This document shows, piece after piece, positions 26,704-42,900 of a DNA stretch of 64,000 nucleotides. The stretch is from the human T2T-CHM13v2.0 reference genome, Homo sapiens, in NCBI RefSeq assembly GCF_009914755.1, contig NC_060934.1; one strand, given 5' to 3'. The position numbers and the translations under genes are program-made. Within the stretch, counting starts at the first letter, position 1. Each line of letters opens with the position of its first letter. A model generated the notes under the pieces. That model saw nothing but the letters and a program-made list of their open reading frames with translations, searched no databases and had not been told where the DNA came from.

Positions 26704-26876
26704 CCAGCGGAGACCCAGGAGCTAGGCATGCAGAGCCACTGAGCATGTGCCTCCCCCTGGGACACACATACATCCACGCTTGGACCAGCCGTAGACCCAG
26801 GAGATGGGTGTGTAGAGCTACTGAACAAGAGCCTCCCTCAGGACACACACATGGCCACGCCTGGACCAGCCATAGA
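26704..26876. repeat. Diverged tandem duplication, period about 81-82 bp
   Basis: AGAGC(C/T)ACTGA..GCCTCCC..GGACACACA..CCACGC(T/C)TGGACCAGCC(G/A)TAGA occurs twice, starting at 26732 and 26814. Confidence 0.8.
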
Positions 26877-27196
26877 TGTGGAGACTTCTGTTCTGAAAGG
26901 AGTGAGGCCAGGCCGAAACGGGGGGCCAGGACCATCGGCAGGAGGAGCCCACATCCCATGGAGGGTCCCACAGTGCACATAGAGGAGGCCTGAGCCTCAT
27001 CAGTAGGGTCATGCCCTGGAGTAAGGGTGACCCCGCACACTTCGATCCCCTTGTCTGGAGCTGGCTCCTGGCCCACTGCCTTAGATCTGGAAGATTGGTT
27101 GCTTCTGCAGCCCACAGAACGTGGAGGATACAATGTCCTGTGTTTCCTGGACCAGGCATCACGAGGCCAAGCTTCCGCCTGTGGTCTCCTGGAATG

Positions 27197-27384
27197 TCCT
27201 TCCTTCCTTCCTTCCTTCCTTCCTTCCTTCCTTCCTTCCTTCCTTCCTTCCTTCCTTCCTTCTTTTCTTCCTTCCTTCCTTCCTTCGTCCCTTCCTTCAT
27301 CCCTCCCTCCCTCCCTCCCTCTCTCCCTCTCCCTCTCTCCCTCTCTCTCTCTCTCCCTCTCTCCCTCTCTCTTTCTCTCTTTCT
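27197..27384. repeat. (CCTT)16 plus degenerate CCTT/CCCT/CT polypyrimidine microsatellite
   Basis: 16 perfect CCTT units at 27198-27261, then a pyrimidine tract running up to the Alu body. Confidence 0.95.
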
Positions 27385-27662
27385 CAGAATTTCACTCTTG
27401 TGGCCCAGACTGGAGTGGAATGGTGCTATCTCGGCTCACCACAACCTCCGCCCATCGGGTTCAAGCGATTCTCCTGTCTCAGCCTCCCAAGTAGCTGAGA
27501 TTACAGGCATGGGCCACCACGCCCGGATAATTTTGTATTTTTAGTAGAGACAGGGTTTCTCCATATTGGTCAGGCTGGTCTCGTACTCCCGACCTCAGGT
27601 GATCCGCCTTCCTCAGCCTCCCAAAGTGCTGGGATTACAGGTGTGAACCACCAAGCCTGGCC
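27385..27662 (-). mobile_element. AluSp
   Basis: Sp diagnostics GGGTTTCTCCAT.TTGGTCAGGCTGGTCTCG.ACTCCCGACCTCAGG. TSD GAATGT(C/T)CTT lies outside the microsatellite (27192, 27664). Confidence 0.93.
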
Positions 27663-27824
27663 AGAATGTTCTTTCTAGAAGCCCCACGTGCAGGTGCCCA
27701 CAAAAGTCCTCCTACCCTGAGACCAGCACAACCTAGGAACCCTGTCAAAAGCCCCATGGAGGTGATTTCACAGGCCCCCTGCTATGGCGCCTGACACGCG
27801 GGGGAAGCCACGCACGAGTGAGTG

Positions 27825-28594
<770 letters not shown>

Positions 28595-28991
28595 TGAATG
28601 CCTCGAGGCCCCTTAGTTGGCACAGCAGTGAGGATCCCTGCCTGAAGCCGAGCCTGCAGGGGTTCCGACCCCGAAAGTCATAAACCCTGATGCAAATGCT
28701 TGGTGCTTTCAGCAGTAATGCCCTGTGGGTGGCTTTGTCATGTCACAGGGAACCGTAGATGTTCACGTTCCCTGGCGGCCTCCTCTGCGCACATGCAGAG
28801 GGTCAAAGCCGACTCCTCAGAAGGCAGGTTGAGGCGCGGCCAGGCCCTGCTGCACAGCTGGAGCTGCCAGCCTGGGTTCCCCAGGATGGCCCTGGTGGAC
28901 GCCTGTTTCCTCAGCCTCATTTTTGGTGGCTCCTCTTTCATGCTTAACAGGACCTGGTTCAAACAAGGAACTATAATGGCCCCTGTCGTGG

Positions 28992-29187
28992 GTCCTTCTG
29001 AGGAGCAGTGGGGCCCAGGCCTTGATGCATTTGCCAAGCGGTCCTTCTGCCCAGCTCCACCAGCCCAGGGCTGCTGCCGTCACCATGCTGTCCTTCCGAG
29101 GAGCAGTGGGGCCCATGCCTCGATGCATTTGCCAAGTGGTCCCTCTGCCCAGCTCCACAAACCCAGGGCTGCTGCCCCCACCATGCT
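28992..29187. repeat. Tandem duplication, 2 x 98 bp
   Basis: 28992-29089 and 29090-29187 align without gaps, 9 mismatches by hand count. Confidence 0.92.
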
Positions 29188-30454
29188 GTGCTTGCAGGGT
29201 GAAGAGGGGCAACTTGCCTTGACCCCTGACCCTGACGGGGGCAGGGAAAGCCTCTCCATGGACTCTCCACAGAAGGTGTGGGCTGGGCCCAGACAGCCCT
29301 CCTCACTGGCACAGTGAGTCTGCCCAGCCCTCTGTGCCAGCCAGAAGCTGAGAGAAGGCGTCTCAAATCCTGGTTTCAGCCCACGGTTTCTTGAACCACT
29401 TCAGAGTGCAGGGTGAGGGAGACTGAGCTGCCTCGTGGCAGAGGGGTGGGTTTTATGGATACTTGTCTGCAGCTGAGACATGTGCAAATGATAGAAGGGG
29501 GATGGAATAAAAAGTTCCGTATAAAAATAATTTACTGAGCCATCTGTACGCAGTTGCTCGGAAAGAGACATGAAGCCATGATCTCCGCTTGCCAACTCTC
29601 CCCCTAAATTCTGTTGGACACAAAACTGGTGAAATACGGTCACAATTTACCCATAAAATTATTTCGTTATATGACAAAGTCATTCTTTGTCTCCAAAGTC
29701 ATTCATTCTTCAGCCACCTGAACCCTGGGCATGTGTTTTTTGGAAGATCTGTGTCCTGTCTTTTATCTTTTTCTGAAACGAGACATGAGGCACATTGCTG
29801 GTGTGTCGGAGAGATGCGCTTCACATATTGGACAAGCAGGAACAGATGGACACCATTGTGGTGCTCACAAGGTACCAAGTTCACTTCCAATTTCAGGAGA
29901 GGCGATTCCGCCTTATGGGCTGCCTACAGCTGGCCAACCAGAGGAAGCTGGCGGCACACACAACCCATATTTGTAAACGCTCTGGGAATCAAATGCCTGT
30001 GCAAATAGAATCTTGGTAAAATGTTTATCCAAAAATAAAGTGGCAATATCGCATTTATATATTTACTTCTAGATAAAATAAAATTGATCAAACAAATGTG
30101 GTGTCTTAACCACACAGCAGTCATTTTCATCAGGTAAATAAGCCATTCATGGTGTGTTTAGGGAAAAGTACAGTCTAAACTTCCTCTAACGAGAAGTCAA
30201 AGGGATAATCAGTTTCTATCCAGAATAAAATACACATCTAACCTTTGATGGTTCAAACATTACTGAACAATTTCTTCATTCAATTCAAGAGATTAAGATC
30301 AAAGAATGACATCAGCTTAAGCTCTTGGCACAGGCATTCTCACTGGTGAATTCTGCCCAGTATCCCAGGAATCAGTAACTTCCATGCTATTTAACATTGT
30401 CCAGTACAGGAATATGATAGAATATTATCTAATGCATTTTTGTGTTTGCAAATT

Positions 30455-30730
30455 TTATTTATTATGCCCACCTGTATTTATTGGCCACCTAACCTAACCT
30501 AACTTAGGTGGCCAATAAATACAGCATTCTATGCAGTAGAGTTTTATGGAAGAGAACAAAAGAGAAGCATATCACTGTCCTTGTGGGAATCACCTTCCAA
30601 TGGCTGGGATGGAATAGTCGTCAAATGGGTAAATGCCGACGTCAAAAGACAGCAGTGGGAGAAAAGAAGGAGAGCTGGAGGGTGACCAGGAGTGTGGAAG
30701 AGCCGGAGGCTGCAACTCTGAATAGGAAGA
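30455..30730 (-). mobile_element. L2 3' end carrying a perfect hairpin
   Basis: TATTTATTGGCCACCTA resembles L2 TATTTATTGAGCACCTA. Downstream GAACAAAAGAGA..CTGTCCTTGTGGGA..CTTCCAATGG. Confidence 0.55.
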
Positions 30731-30799
30731 TGAAACAAACATAGAAGCACCTAAGATTCATAGCCACGTAGGACTACCCAGGTTAACGAATATTTATGA

Positions 30800-31104
<305 letters not shown>

Positions 31105-31339
31105 TGTTTAATCTTTTTATGGAAGGAAAAAATCCAGCCAATGCCACCATCCTTTCTGGCTCTTGTTCTCACCTTAACCACTCCCCGACCTCAGGGTGGG
31201 CCCATCTGAAAGTTCCTGTGGTTCTTTTCCAAAGATGTTTGAACACTCTCATTGTGAAGGTGGGTACTCACAAAATACATGTCGTATTGCATTAAAGCTT
31301 TAAGTGTGTTGTTCCACAGGTCGTTTAATCATCCTCTTA

Positions 31340-33910
<2,571 letters not shown>

Positions 33911-33929
33911 CCTTCTTGTTTATAGACAC

Positions 33930-35288
<1,359 letters not shown>

Positions 35289-35360
35289 AAAAGAACACTT
35301 TCTATCTGTAAACATAATATTTTTGTGTAATTTTTGGTAGATGCTATTTATTAGGCATCG

Positions 35361-35590
35361 TGTCACATACTGGGTTCTTTGGAAGTGGGAGCTAAAGTGG
35401 AGATTAGGTTGAAAGATTTTATTAGGAATCATAACCTGTAAAGGGGAGAGAAGGGTGATTAGGAAGAGGGAGAAATGAACTGTGATCAATAATACCTCAT
35501 AGACATGGCAAAGATTTCCTTGGTGGTGAAGTTGTTAGGGGTAAAGTTGTGAGTGGAGGTGATATTGGAGAGAAGGAAAGAACCCCACTG
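35361..35590 (-). mobile_element. LTR16A-like ERVL LTR fragment
   Basis: GGGTTCTTTGGAAG..AAGATTTTATTAGGAATCATAACCTGTAAAGGG..AGAGGGAGAAATGAACTGTGAT. Confidence 0.6.
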
Positions 35591-35595
35591 AGAAC

Positions 35596-35877
35596 CTCAC
35601 GCCTGTAATCCTAGCACTTTGGGAGACTGAGGTGGTCAGATCACCTGAGGTCAGGAGTTCAAGACCAGCCTGGCCAACATGATAAGACTCCATCTCTACT
35701 AAAAATACAAAGATTTTCTGGGCATGGTGGTGCATGCCTGTAATCCCAGCTACTTAGGAGGCTGAGGCAGGAGAATCACTTGAACCCAGGAAGAAGAGGT
35801 TACAGTGAGTGAAGATCACAAGATGACATCACTGCACTCCAGCCTTGGCAACAGAGCAAGACTCTGTCTCAAAAAAG
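35596..35877 (+). mobile_element. AluS (Sx-like), lacking first about 15 nt, tail runs into AT array
   Basis: GATCACCTGAGGTCAGGAGTTCAAGACCAGCCTGGCCAACAT. Small internal duplication AAGATCACA/AGATGACA. Confidence 0.92.
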
Positions 35878-38078
35878 ATATATATCTATATCTATATCTA
35901 TATAGATAGATATTTATATATTTATATATATTACATATAAATAATACATATTTATATATTACATATAAATATATATTATATATTACATATAAATAATATA
36001 TATTTGTATATTACATATAAATAATATGTATTTATATCTTAAATATATATAATATATATTTATATATTATATATTTATATATTATATATATTTATATATT
36101 ATATATTATATGTTTATATATTATATATTTATATATTATATATTATATATTTATACATTTAATGTATACATTAAATATATAATATATTATATATTTAATA
36201 TATAATATATATATACATTAAATATATAATATAAATATACATTATATATAATGTATAAATACATTTACATTTATATATAAATTTATATGTAAATTTATAT
36301 ATTACATATTAATATGTAATGTATAATATATGTTACATATTAATATGTAACATATATTATACATTACATATTAATATAATATATATTATACGTTACATAT
36401 TAATATAATATATATTATACGTTACATATTAATATAATATATATTATATGTTACATATTAATATAATATATATTATATATTACAAATTAATATATATAAT
36501 ATATATTATAAATTACATATTATATATAATATATATTATAAATTACATATTATATATAATATGTATTATAAATTACATATTATATAATATATATTATAAA
36601 TTACATATCATATATAATATATCTCATATATTACATATTATATATATCTCATATATTACATATTATATATCTCATATATTACATATTATATATATCTCAT
36701 ATATTACATATTATATATCTCATATATTACATATTATATATATCTCATATATTACATATTATATATCTCATATATTACATATTATATATGATATATCTCA
36801 TATATTACATATTATATATGATATATCTCATATATTACATATTATATATGATATATCTCATATATTACATATTATATATGATATATCTCATACATTACAT
36901 ATTATATATGATATATCTCATATATTACATATTATATATGATATATCTCATATATTACATATTATATATGATATATCTCATATATTACATATTATATATG
37001 ATATATCTCATATATTACATATTATATATGATATATCTCATATATTACATATTATATATGATATATCTCATATATTATATTATATGATATATCTCATATA
37101 TTACATATTATATATGATATATAATATATTACATATTATATATGATATATAATATATTACATATTATATATGATATATAATATATTACATATTATATATG
37201 ATATATAATATATTACATATTATATATGATATATAATATATTACATATTATATGAGATATATAATATATTACATATTATATATGATATAATATATTACAT
37301 ATTATATATCATATATAATATGTAGCATATTATATATGATATATAATATATTACATATTATATATGATATATAATGTATTACATATTATATATGATATAT
37401 AATGTATTACATATTATATATGATATATAATATATTACATATTATATATGATATATAATATATTACATATTATGTATGATATATAATATATTACATATTT
37501 ATTATATACATATATATTATATATTACATATTTATATATTATATATTATATATTACATATTCATATATAATATATATTATATATTACATATTCATATATA
37601 ATATATATTATATATTACATATTCATATACAATATATATTATATATTACATATTCATATATAATATATATTATATATTACATATTCATATATAATATATA
37701 TTATATATTACATATTCATATATAATATATATTATATATTACATATTCGTATATAATATATATTATATATTACATATTTGTATATAATATATATTATATA
37801 TTACATATTTGTATATAATATATATTATATATTACATATTTATATATAATATATTATATATTACATATTTATATATAATATATATTATATATTACATATT
37901 TATATATAATATATATTATATATTACATATTTATATATAATATATATTATATATTACATATTTATATATATGGTACATATATTTTACATAATATATGTAT
38001 AGTTATGTAACTTATATAATTATATTTATGTAATTATGTATATATATTACATATAAATATATATTTATATATATATTT
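35878..38078. repeat. 2.2-kb AT-rich compound minisatellite
   Basis: Blocks of 30-bp (ten copies, 36771-37070), 28-bp and 31-bp units sharing the core ATATTACATAT. Confidence 0.97.
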
Positions 38079-38432
38079 AGATGATGACTTTTCTATACTT
38101 CAAGACTTCACTGAGCTATTAAGCATATAAACATTCAAGAAAAGTGTATAGAATGCACTTCCCCCAAAATTGTTTGACACTGTGACTCCCTTTTGAGCAG
38201 AATACTCAAGAAAATCATATGCTTTTAAAATAAAGAAACAATAAAGACGTGTGAAAAGACATACAAAAAGTTAAAAGAATTTAGCTTCACAAACCTGAAC
38301 TACAAACATAAGTCATATATCACATCCCTATTTTAGAGCTTTCAGTGGGTTCTCGTGGCATAATAATAATAATAGTAAGGTAGGTAGATAGGTAAGTAGG
38401 TAGATACATAGATGATAGAAGGATGGATAGAG

Positions 38433-38472
<40 letters not shown>
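38433..38472. repeat. (AGAT)10 tetranucleotide STR in a degenerate TAGG/TAGA/CAGA tract
   Basis: Seen directly. Confidence 0.95.
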
Positions 38473-38473
<1 letters not shown>

Positions 38474-38519
38474 TACAGACAGACTGACAGACCCAAGCTA
38501 TGCTCAGTGTCTTCTAAGT

Positions 38520-39585
38520 ATCTCTGGCATCTGACTGTTTTCACTGGGTATAGAATTCTTGGCTGACAGGTTTCCCCACCCCATCTCCCTAATTGCAGCA
38601 TTTTAAAGTTGCTGGCTCTCTGTTTTCCAGCTTACAGTATTTCCAACAAGAATTTTTCTATCACTATTATCTTTGCTCTTACATATGCAATATGCGTTCT
38701 TCTCTGAATGTTTTGAAGATTTTCTCTTTATGACTGATTTTGAACAATGTACCTACACTGTGTTTGGGTGTGGTTCTCTTCACGTTTGCTTTGCTTGGGA
38801 CCCATTCAGCTTCTTGGATTTAGGGGTTACAGTTTACATCAATTTTGTGAAGGTTTTGACTATTTCTAAAAATATTATTTCTGACCCCTTCTCCTTCTCG
38901 CATTTGTGGTATCCAATTCGACATATCTTGTTTATTAAACTGCTCAAGCACAGCTCACTCATGCTCTTTTCATCTTTTGGTTTTCTTTTATTCTCTGCAT
39001 GCTTCATTTGGGGTCGTTGCTTGGTCTACACGCTAACAAATCTTTTCTTCAGCAATGCCCAATCTACCAGCAATCATATCTAGCATGATTTGAACCTCAG
39101 ACATTATAGTTTTCATCTCTAGAAGTCTGACTTGAATCTTTTTATATGTTCAATGAGTCTATTTCATATTTTTAATCTTTCCTTTGGCTTTTCAAACATG
39201 GAACATAATTATAATAACTGTTTTAATATTTTTATCTATTCCATCTTATGTGTCAGTTGTGGGTTAGTTTTGGTTGACTAATTATTTCTCAATTATGGTT
39301 TGTTTTTTCCTGTTTCTTTTCCTTCTTCATGATTCTTGGTGGTATGCTACGTATTGTAAAATGAACCTTATAGAGTGCTGATATTTTTGAGTCATGTTAC
39401 TCAACATGACTCAAAAATATTTTTGGTTACATAGAAACAGTGGGATCCTTTCAGGTCTTGCTTCTAAGCTTTCTCAGTTGGGGCCAGAACAGCCTTTGGT
39501 CAAAGGCTAATCATTCCCCACCACTTAGGCAAGATGCTTCAGAGTACTCTGCCTGCCACCTCGTGAATGTAAGAGTTTCTATTCT
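38520..39585 (-). mobile_element. Old L1M 5'/ORF1-region fragment
   Basis: TTCACTGGGTATAGAATTCTTGGCTGACAG, AAGATTTTCTCTTTAT, TTTCATCTCTAGAAGT, ATAATAACTGTTTTAAT motifs. Confidence 0.8.
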
Positions 39586-39599
39586 GGTTGGTTAGAAAA

Positions 39600-39900
39600 G
39601 AAAGTGAGAATAACAATGGGGTTTATGTAATGTCCCAGAAGCCAAGATCAGAAAGTGGATCAGTGAGGGAGAGGTCAGCCATGAAGACCATTGCTGAGAA
39701 GGTGAGCTGGATGCTGAGGCTCACTGCATTGGGAACCCATGGTGTGCTGGTGAGCTTGACACATGTCATGTCAAAGACAAAATGAGTCTGGATTGCAGCC
39801 AATGAGGCAAGAATGAGGGGTGAGGAAGCGGAGGTAGTGACCGCGGAAAGCCATCTTCAGTGACTTGCCATAGTGGGGAACAGAGAGACGTGGCATCGCC
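39600..39900 (-). mobile_element. L2 internal fragment
   Basis: TGTCCCAGAAGCCAAG..GAAAGTG..TGCTGAGAAGGT..GAATGAGGGGTGAGGAAGCGGAG. Confidence 0.6.
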
Positions 39901-42900
39901 CCTTTGGTGTGGGTTAGGATGGGGGCAAGTAGCATCAAATAAACGTTGATTTAAAAGGCAACAGTTTCTCTGGGTCTCAGAGACATGGAGCTCATGGGAT
40001 GAAAGGGAGGGGCGTGGGCCTTTAAGGAGGAAGGTGGAGGGTGGGGGGTGGGGAGCCTGTTGGGGGGCAGGAACTGGGGGATTCACGATTCTCATGAACC
40101 CATTTATGTGTATGGGTCTCACATCAGCATAAACGCTCCCAGAGCCCCATACACATTTTTTCTGCTTTTCCTGGATAAGATAAGTAAAGAGGTCACAGTG
40201 TTCCCATTTGGCTTTGTTGGGCCTTTTTCTGAGCACCTGTGCTCTTCAAACCTTCCCCTCTGAATGCTTGTAAATGTTGTCCAAAGAGGAAGGTCCAGTA
40301 TCTTGGGGGACATGCCTTCCCCCACCCTCCATGTCTTTCCTGGCTCTCTTCCCCATGAGGGCAGCAGAGCACAGGCCACTTTGAGTGACCCTGAGAGCCC
40401 CTTCCTTCCACTTCTTACAAGACTTCACCCACACAGCCCCTACCTGCACCTCCCCAGACTGCCCCCACTGCAGTGCCCCCGCTCCCCTCCTGCAGTGGGG
40501 CCCTGAGGGAAAGCGGAGCTCCTGGAGTGGACCCTGCACTGGGATCTACAGAGGATTATCTTTCCCTCCTCCTCCAAAGGGCCCCTTCTGCTTCTCCGGA
40601 GACAATTAAGGCCTGACAATTTTTCATAAGGGGACACTGCCCATCCCACTTAGGATGTCCATTCCATGGCCTCCCCAGGAGAAGACGAGTCCACTGACCT
40701 CTCCCAGACAGGAATTCAATTTTCCTCTCATCCCACGCTCATTACTTCTGAAGCCGTTAATTGCACATCAAGCTGCTGTGTCTGGCGTGTGACAAATACG
40801 TTTCGAAGAATCTTAGAGAAGCCAGAGTGGATACAACCGACACGCAGCAGGCACACTGGAGCATTTCACCAGAAGCGCCTTCGTCCCAGGCAACTGGGAG
40901 CTCTTCTCCTCTGCACAAGCAGGTGCCTGGGGAGCGCTGTGGGTGCCTTCCCACAGCAGGCCTTCCGCTCCACACCAAGGTGTCTAGATCAGATGTGAAA
41001 ACATCCATCAGTCAACTCCTTTTGTCTCTCTCTGTGAAATGATGGATTGACTGCTGCCTTCTCAACTGAACTATCTTGTTTTGGGGAGGGAGGGTCTTCC
41101 TCGGCAGTCCGAGTGTCTTGGGCCAGCAGAGCAGGGCAGGATCCGGGAGCTGGGTTTACAGACAGGTGCTGATCCACCCTCCCTCCCAGCCCATGATGGA
41201 CGGGCTGTGTTAGCAGTCCACTGGGGAAAGGGTGGCCGTATTTTGCCACTTATGGGATACCTGGAGAATATGTGATTCATGGCAGTATGGAATCAAGCGA
41301 GATAAAACAATCAATTTATTATTTCAGACATTCCTGAGCTTCGCTTTTCAGCCATCTTCAGGTTTCTGATAGTCTGAGAAGCAGAAGATTGCCCAGTAAA
41401 GAAATCTTATGGCATGATTTTTGCAAAGCGAAGTCTCTCCTCCCCCTCCACTGGTGAATGATTAGGCAGAACGGCTCCGATGAAGCAGTGAGAGATGGCT
41501 TCAGAGCACACCCCTGCATCCCGGGGCTGTTCTCCTGTGCACATGGCAGCATTTTCACATTTATAACAAATGTTCTGCCCTTTGTGGCTGGCACTCATGG
41601 GTTCAGGGATATCTGATCTGAATGCTCAGATATAAGGATTATCTGGTCTGGCCTGGTGCTGCTGTGAGGACGAACCAAGTCAGACCTTTCGCCTCTGAGG
41701 CCAAGATCATCAGCCTTTTCAGGGGCTTCCTAACTGGACCAGGAAAGCCACGCCCAGCACCAGCCTCACAGGCATGCCTTGATCAATGGATGCCCCGAAT
41801 TGTCAGAGTAAAACACCACCGTTGCCTGAGACTGGGATGGACCAGCCTCTCTGCGGCCTGGACAAGAGGGCCACCCTGAACCTTCCTCAGTACCCATGAC
41901 CCAAGCCTTAGGGCAAGGAAGAATTTCAGGAACATGTCTCTTGATTCTAGAAAAAAAAGAGTCTTTCTCACAAATAACATCTTCTGCCCCTAGGGATCTG
42001 CTCTTGGGTTTAAGACTTTGAGTGCGTCGTTGGTAACTTCAGAAGGAAAGAAAGTGCTCTGTGGTCTCTTAGCTATTTTTCCCTTCATGTCAGTGAATTA
42101 GAGCCCTCAGGCCCAGGGCAGCTCAGAAGGGCAGGTGGCTGGAGCCAGGCCCAAGAGCACCTGCAAAGGGCGTTTACCAGGAGGGGTTGAGGGCCCTGTA
42201 CACAGGAGTCTTCAGTGGGTGAACCCCAAGCCCAAGGCACCCCAGAAAGGCTGACCCTCCCCCCTGGCCTGGGGCACTCCGGGCTTTCTCATCCCTTTCC
42301 CAACTCTCCATTATAGTTGGAAATGTGCTCCACAAACTGCATTTTCTACCTATCTTCTTCCTTGCTTCTCCCACTCTCCTTGACTAATTTTCTATGTAAG
42401 AACATTTATTAAAGTGCCTTGTAAAAATGACTTGTACAGCCTAGGAGTCACTGGGTGGACAGCCCGGGGTCCTCCAAGAGCAGCAGCTGAGTCATCAGAT
42501 AAGGGCTCCAAGTGTGATTCTGGGTGCCTGGGTGCCTGGGTCCCTGCCCAGGGCAGGAGGCATCTGTGAAGGATGCAGGTGTCTTTGAACGGGCCTGGGG
42601 GCATATTTAGGCCACACCATAGCAACCGCGCCCCACACAGCTCTGCTGTGTCTTTTGTTCATCTTCCCAGCCTTGCTCCTTTCCACTCTGAAGTAGGCTG
42701 GTTGCTATGGAAACAATAGCATCCTATGGGCTGGCTTAAGGTTACCCACAGGGGGATCAATCTCCATGGGTGACTGAAGGCACAGCCCAGCATGTGGGCA
42801 GGAGAGACAATGAGTGCCACTGGGACTCTTCCACCCTCTTCTGCTCTGAGAGGCCCAGAAACTGCCCTCTGCCTGGCCATGAGCTCAAACACGGGCAACG

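Noticed and set aside
26818-27544. ORFs with EGRK or PSFL repeats
   Set aside because: Translations of the (CCTT)n tract and the adjacent Alu.
28700-29317. 205-aa ORF
   Set aside because: No recognisable domain, non-ATG start, and it spans a GC-rich tandem duplication.
30488-30508. (CCTAA)3/TTAGG resembling the arthropod telomere repeat
   Set aside because: Only three units, explained by slippage of the hairpin arm end. The host DNA is primate.
36771-37070. Regular 30-bp repeats suggesting a CRISPR-like array
   Set aside because: Head-to-tail units without unique spacers, in a eukaryotic context with no cas genes.
36448-37152. 234-aa Ile/Tyr/His-rich ORF (longest in the window)
   Set aside because: It is a translation of the AT minisatellite. 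The 30-bp stop-free unit explains the length.
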